Below, one piece after another: positions 59,782 to 64,000 of a DNA stretch of 64,000 bases. Position numbers and translations under genes: made by a program. The stretch's first letter is position 1. Each line of letters opens with the position of its first letter. The DNA is from Alphaproteobacteria bacterium (GTDB lineage: Bacteria; Pseudomonadota; Alphaproteobacteria; GCA-2731375): assembly GCA_965225945.1 (NCBI GenBank), contig CBDDBZ010000035.1:64001-128000 (forward strand), written 5' to 3'. The notes below the pieces were generated by a model. It had not been told where the DNA came from. It worked only from the letters and a program-made list of their open reading frames with translations, and did no database searches.

Positions 59782-60366
59782 ATGCGACTCCTCGAGATGA
59801 AAAGAGACGCGGACGGCAACGGGACCGCGAGGCGGCGGGGCATCCGCCTGGCCGTTCGCCGTATGATCCGTTCCGAGGTCGGTGCGGCGGCCATCGAGTT
59901 CGCCTTCATCGGGCCGATCATCATCCTCATGCTGATCGCGGTCATCGAGTTCGGCCGGATGTTCTATACCCAGGCGAATCTGCAATATACGGCGGACGAG
60001 GCCGGCCGGGCGGTCATGGCCCATTTCACCCGCGAATACTTCATCGAATCCGATTCCGGCAATTGCTACGCCAAGGCGGGCGAGGTGCCGACGGACCAAG
60101 AGTTCACCGATCTGACCACCTGCGTCAAGGCGGAAATAACCAACTACATCTCCCAGAACGTCGTCGGTTACGACGAAGGCGACATTGTGCCCGACGTGAC
60201 CCACGTTTTGCCGAGTTCCACCGGCGGCAACAGCGTTCCGGGATTCGTCCGGATCCGCTTGAACTACAGCTACAACTTCATAATTCCCGTACCCTACTTC
60301 GGCTGGACCGGCGGCATGCCGCTGCACGCGGAGACGCGCGTGCCCTTGATCTGGTGCCGGAGCTGA
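59782..60366 (+). CDS. TadE-like pseudopilin
   Basis: SEVG/AAAIEFA motif, IEFGR, LQY.A..A.R; start uncertain (59773-59797). Confidence 0.85.
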   Translation: MRLLEMKRDADGNGTARRRGIRLAVRRMIRSEVGAAAIEFAFIGPIIILMLIAVIEFGRMFYTQANLQYTADEAGRAVMAHFTREYFIESDSGNCYAKAGEVPTDQEFTDLTTCVKAEITNYISQNVVGYDEGDIVPDVTHVLPSSTGGNSVPGFVRIRLNYSYNFIIPVPYFGWTGGMPLHAETRVPLIWCRS

Positions 60367-60809
60367 CGATCGGTACCCTGGCCCGATCCCCCGCCGCGGC
60401 GTTCCCGACGCTCGGACCCGGTTTGAAGGCTCCCTGACATGACCGGCGACGTCGAAGGCACGCGAGGAAGCCTTCCGCCGAGCTGTACCGACATGCGGAT
60501 CAACGCGGTCGGAATCCTCAACTTCCCTTGAACCCTGCCACCGTCGTTGTGCATGTGGAGATGTGGGCAAGTCACGGAACCAATTGTTCCATCACACCCA
60601 CGGGCCTGTTGCCTCGCTAGACCTCCGCCGGCGGGCGGTGACCCGTTCGCCTTCGTCGCTCACTCGGGGCGATTCTCAGGGGAATCGGAAGAAGTTAGGC
60701 TCTCGTGCCCGGGCGGAATTGCGACCGGCCGACCGCGCGCGGTCGACGCATGGCGGGGCACGGCAACGGGCGCACGACGACGGGATGGGCGTTCGGGCTC
60801 GGAGGCGTT

Positions 60810-61034
60810 ATGATGACGCCCATGATCCTGGCCTGGAGACGACTGGCGCTGATCGCCGCCCGCAAGCTCGCCGAGAACCCCGACGCGCGGGCCAAGGCGG
60901 CGGACCTCGCCCGCAAGGCGAGGCGCGAGGTCGGCCGCATCGTCGACAGCGACGATCCGGCCCATGCCGCCGGCCGCGCGGTCCGCCGCGCCCGCGACGA
61001 TCTGCGCCGCCGCTTGCGTGCGCGCGACCCGTAG
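60810..61034 (+). CDS. small basic hypothetical protein
   Basis: GGAGG RBS, GC3-rich codons, helical 74-aa product. Confidence 0.6.
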   Translation: MMTPMILAWRRLALIAARKLAENPDARAKAADLARKARREVGRIVDSDDPAHAAGRAVRRARDDLRRRLRARDP

Positions 61035-61094
61035 CGCCATAACCCGACTTCGGCGCCGCCGGACCCTGTGGCGCACCCTGGGGAGGACGAGCTG

Positions 61095-61910
61095 ATGGCG
61101 GTGGTCGAGACGGAAATCCACGGACAGATCATGATCGTGCGGATGAATCGGCCGGAGCGGCTGAACGCGCTCGGCGGCGAGATGCGCAATCTGCTGGCGG
61201 AGGCCTGGATCGATTTCCGCGAACGCGACGACTTGGAGGTCGCGATCCTCACCGGCACCGGCCGTGCCTTCTGCGCCGGCGAGGATATGAAGGAATCGCT
61301 CGCCGACGGCGCGCCGGGCGGCCGCCAGGCGGCGCGGGAGGATCCCTTCATGACCGGCGCCCTGGAGAAGCCGGTGATCGCGGCGGTGAACGGCTATGCC
61401 ATGGGCGGCGGCTTCATGCTGGTGGAGCGCACCGACCTCCGCGTCGCCCAGCGCGAGGCGATCTTCGAGGTCTCGGAGGCGAAGCGCTGGCTCTTGGGCG
61501 GCTACAACCACGGCCATATCGCGGCGCTGCCCTATCCGATCGCGATGGAGATGGCGCTCGGCTACCGTTTTACCGCCGAGCGGTTCCACCAGATCGGCTT
61601 CGTCAACCGTCTGGTCGAGGCGGACGCGCTGATCCCGACGGCGATCGAGATGGCGGAACATCTCTTGACGCTGCCCCCCGCCTCCCGGGTCAACACGGTG
61701 GCGATGATGCGCGAGATGCGCCCGCGCGTGGCGCCGGAATTGGAGCGGCTCGGCACCGCGCTGCACGAGCACGGCGCCAGAAGCGATTTGATGGAATCCC
61801 GCGCCGCCTTCGCCGAGAAGCGCCCGCCCGTCTTCAAGGGCTGGGACGACCCCGAGGACCGCCACAATCCCCCGACACTGGCCCCCGACACTGGAAAATC
61901 GACCGGGTAA
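61095..61910 (+). CDS. enoyl-CoA hydratase/isomerase family protein
   Basis: NRPERLNAL, GRAFCAG.D, KPVIAAVNG.A.GGG, AF.EKR.P.F; GGAGG RBS. Confidence 0.9.
   Translation: MAVVETEIHGQIMIVRMNRPERLNALGGEMRNLLAEAWIDFRERDDLEVAILTGTGRAFCAGEDMKESLADGAPGGRQAAREDPFMTGALEKPVIAAVNGYAMGGGFMLVERTDLRVAQREAIFEVSEAKRWLLGGYNHGHIAALPYPIAMEMALGYRFTAERFHQIGFVNRLVEADALIPTAIEMAEHLLTLPPASRVNTVAMMREMRPRVAPELERLGTALHEHGARSDLMESRAAFAEKRPPVFKGWDDPEDRHNPPTLAPDTGKSTG
61869..61894. repeat. 13-bp perfect tandem duplication CCCCCGACACTGG x2
   Basis: 61869-61881 and 61882-61894, within the last codons of the hydratase gene. Confidence 0.9.
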
Positions 61911-61940
61911 AAGCCCCTCGGTAACGCCGGCGCGTCGCGT

Positions 61941-62807
61941 TCAGATCCCGAAGATGGAGGCGAGGCCGGCGCGTTCGGCGTGCGCGCCCATCAGGGTCGC
62001 GCCGGGCGCTTCGATCTCCTCGCCCGCCGCCCGCAACACCAGCGGCAACAGCGCGACGTCGCCGACCGAATTCAGGAACAGCCCGGGTTGCGCCAGCAGC
62101 CAATGTACCGCCTCGCGGATGTCGTCGGGCTCTTCCAGTGGCTGGTACCAAGTGGCCCGGTCGCGCGTCTGACCGGCGGCCCAGGGGCCCCGCGCGATGC
62201 CCTTGATGGTCTGCACTGCGAGGTTCCGCTCTTGGGCGATCGCCCGCACCGCCGCGAAATCACGGGCATAGGCCTCATGCGCGGCGCAGAACCAGTTCCA
62301 CGGCAGCAGCACCGAATCGAAGTCGAAGCGGTCCAGGCTACGGCGATGCATCGCGGCGACGTTCCAGCCGTGGCCGGTGACGCCGATGAAGCGGACGAGG
62401 CCTTCCTCGCGGGCCTCGATGGCCGCCGCCAGCGCGCCACCGGGACCCATTGCGCGGGCCCAATCGTCGGGGTGGGTCAGGGCGTGGAGCTGCAGCAGAT
62501 CGACCCGGTCGGTCCTCAGCCGCTCCAGCGAGCGATGGAGCTCCGCCTTGGCACTCCCGTGGTCGCGGAGACGAGTCTTGGTGGCGAGGAAGAAGTCGTC
62601 CCGGTGGCGCTCCATCCAAGGCCCGATGCGGAGCTCGCTCTCGCCGTAGCTGGGCGCCGTGTCGATATGGTTGATCTCGTGCGCCAACAGCAGCTCGAGG
62701 GTGCGGTCCGCGGTCGCCTGATCGACGTCCTTGAGCGCGGCGGCGCCGAAGATCACCGCCGTGCTCTGGTGACCGGTGCGCCCGAAGGGCCGTTTCTCGA
62801 TCGCCAT
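61941..62807 (-). CDS. aldo/keto reductase
   Basis: R.FGRTG, IDTA.SYG.SE..IG, LATK, SL.RL.TD.VDL.QLH, IGVTGH. Confidence 0.92.
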   Translation of the reverse strand: MAIEKRPFGRTGHQSTAVIFGAAALKDVDQATADRTLELLLAHEINHIDTAPSYGESELRIGPWMERHRDDFFLATKTRLRDHGSAKAELHRSLERLRTDRVDLLQLHALTHPDDWARAMGPGGALAAAIEAREEGLVRFIGVTGHGWNVAAMHRRSLDRFDFDSVLLPWNWFCAAHEAYARDFAAVRAIAQERNLAVQTIKGIARGPWAAGQTRDRATWYQPLEEPDDIREAVHWLLAQPGLFLNSVGDVALLPLVLRAAGEEIEAPGATLMGAHAERAGLASIFGI

Positions 62808-62826
62808 TCGCGCTGTCTTCCGCCTC

Positions 62827-63969
62827 TCAGTCGATCAGGCCGTAGAACTTGCCGGCATTCTCGCAGGTGATCTTCCGCACGACGTCGGCTGGGAGATGCG
62901 CGAACTGCTCCTCGATGTATTTCGAGCTCTCCGGCCAGACGCCGTCGCCGTGGGGATAGTCGGAGCCCCACATCACGGTCTCGACGCCGATGTCGTCGAC
63001 CAGCTTGGCGCCGATGACGTCGTACTGGAAGGTCGCCTTGCACTGGCGGCGCCAATACTCGCTCGGCTTCATCTTCAGACCGAGGTCCTGGAAGCGGTCC
63101 TCCCATTCGAAGTCCATCCGGTCGAGGGCATAGGCGAGCCAGCCGATGCCGCTCTCGCCCAGCGCGATGCGCAGATTCGGATAACGCTCCAGGACGGCGC
63201 CGCCGATGATCGCCGCGATGATGTTGATCAGGTTCATCTGAAACCCGGAGACCACGGTGAAGAAGGCCGCCCGGCGCGCCTTGCCGGTGAGGTTGACCAA
63301 CTGCGCCGGCGGCACCGCCGGGAAGGTGTGGAAGTGGAGCGGCAGGCCCACGTCGTCGACCGCCTTCCAAAGCGGCTCCCAGGACTCGTGATACATCGGC
63401 TCCATGTCCCACGAGCAGGAGAGCTCCAGGCCCTTGATGCCGAGATTGGTGCAGCGATAGACTTCGCTCGCCGCCGCCTCGACGTCGCCGTAGGGCAGAC
63501 TTCCGAGACCGATTTGGCGGTCCGGATAATGCTTGCAGAAGTCGGCCAGCCAGTCGTTGTAGATCCGGAACATCTCACTCGCCGCCTCGTGGTCGGCGAG
63601 GCGGGTGGCGGCGCCGAGGATACCGTACATCACCTCGGCGTCGACGCCGTCGAGTTCCATGTCCTTGATCCGCATATGCGGGTCGGAGATCCGGCGGATG
63701 TCCCGCTTGCCGTCCTCATAGAGGTTCGTCGCCGCCATCAGGTCGGCCCGGGCATGCTTGCCGGGCTCGTACTTCTGGCCGGCCGGCCCGACGCCGTTCT
63801 TCAGCCCGAAGGACATGCCGTTGCGCGCCGTCCAGTAGGGCCCGTCCGGCCCGTCGGTGACGTAGGGCATGCGCTCCTTCATCGCCGGCGTCGCCTCGGT
63901 GACGAACAGGTCGGGTGGCATCCATGGCAGGTCGATGTGGCAGTCGGCCGAAATCCGGTTGTATTGCAT
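62827..63969 (-). CDS. amidohydrolase_2 family protein
   Basis: [40 protein letters not shown]. Confidence 0.9.
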   Translation of the reverse strand: MQYNRISADCHIDLPWMPPDLFVTEATPAMKERMPYVTDGPDGPYWTARNGMSFGLKNGVGPAGQKYEPGKHARADLMAATNLYEDGKRDIRRISDPHMRIKDMELDGVDAEVMYGILGAATRLADHEAASEMFRIYNDWLADFCKHYPDRQIGLGSLPYGDVEAAASEVYRCTNLGIKGLELSCSWDMEPMYHESWEPLWKAVDDVGLPLHFHTFPAVPPAQLVNLTGKARRAAFFTVVSGFQMNLINIIAAIIGGAVLERYPNLRIALGESGIGWLAYALDRMDFEWEDRFQDLGLKMKPSEYWRRQCKATFQYDVIGAKLVDDIGVETVMWGSDYPHGDGVWPESSKYIEEQFAHLPADVVRKITCENAGKFYGLID

Positions 63970-64000
63970 GGCAGTCCTCCCTACGTCACCGCGCCCGGGC

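Overview
A 64-kb, very GC-rich chromosomal segment of an alphaproteobacterium. The assignment rests on the ilvE-MarR-OmpR-EnvZ synteny, the alphaproteobacterial dCTP deaminase, a CtrA box and a TAGAGC...GCTCTA palindromic repeat. Most of the window is housekeeping or catabolic: mtnP/apt/mtnA, dihydroorotase, ubiA, rsmE, queG, comM, ettA, hydantoinase A/B, CoA transferases, a Rieske oxygenase, and MFS/ABC transporters. The main candidate novelty is a tyrosine/homogentisate operon whose first gene is an in-frame PilZ-domain::HPPD fusion (hppD-hmgA-fahA). Its upstream region carries a perfect CtrA box, suggesting c-di-GMP and cell-cycle control of homogentisate (pyomelanin) flux; this is inference. 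Other notable features are an inverted IS630 pair enclosing an interrupted NYN nuclease gene, an STT3/AglB-like GT-C membrane protein, a HAMP-GGDEF-EAL protein with a 13-aa tandem duplication and a short deletion in the EAL domain, three orphan Tad pseudopilin genes, and several gene remnants. Many short locally templated duplications occur across the window and may be assembly artefacts, so junction-level claims need read support. All calls come from reading the sequence and motifs; no searches were run.
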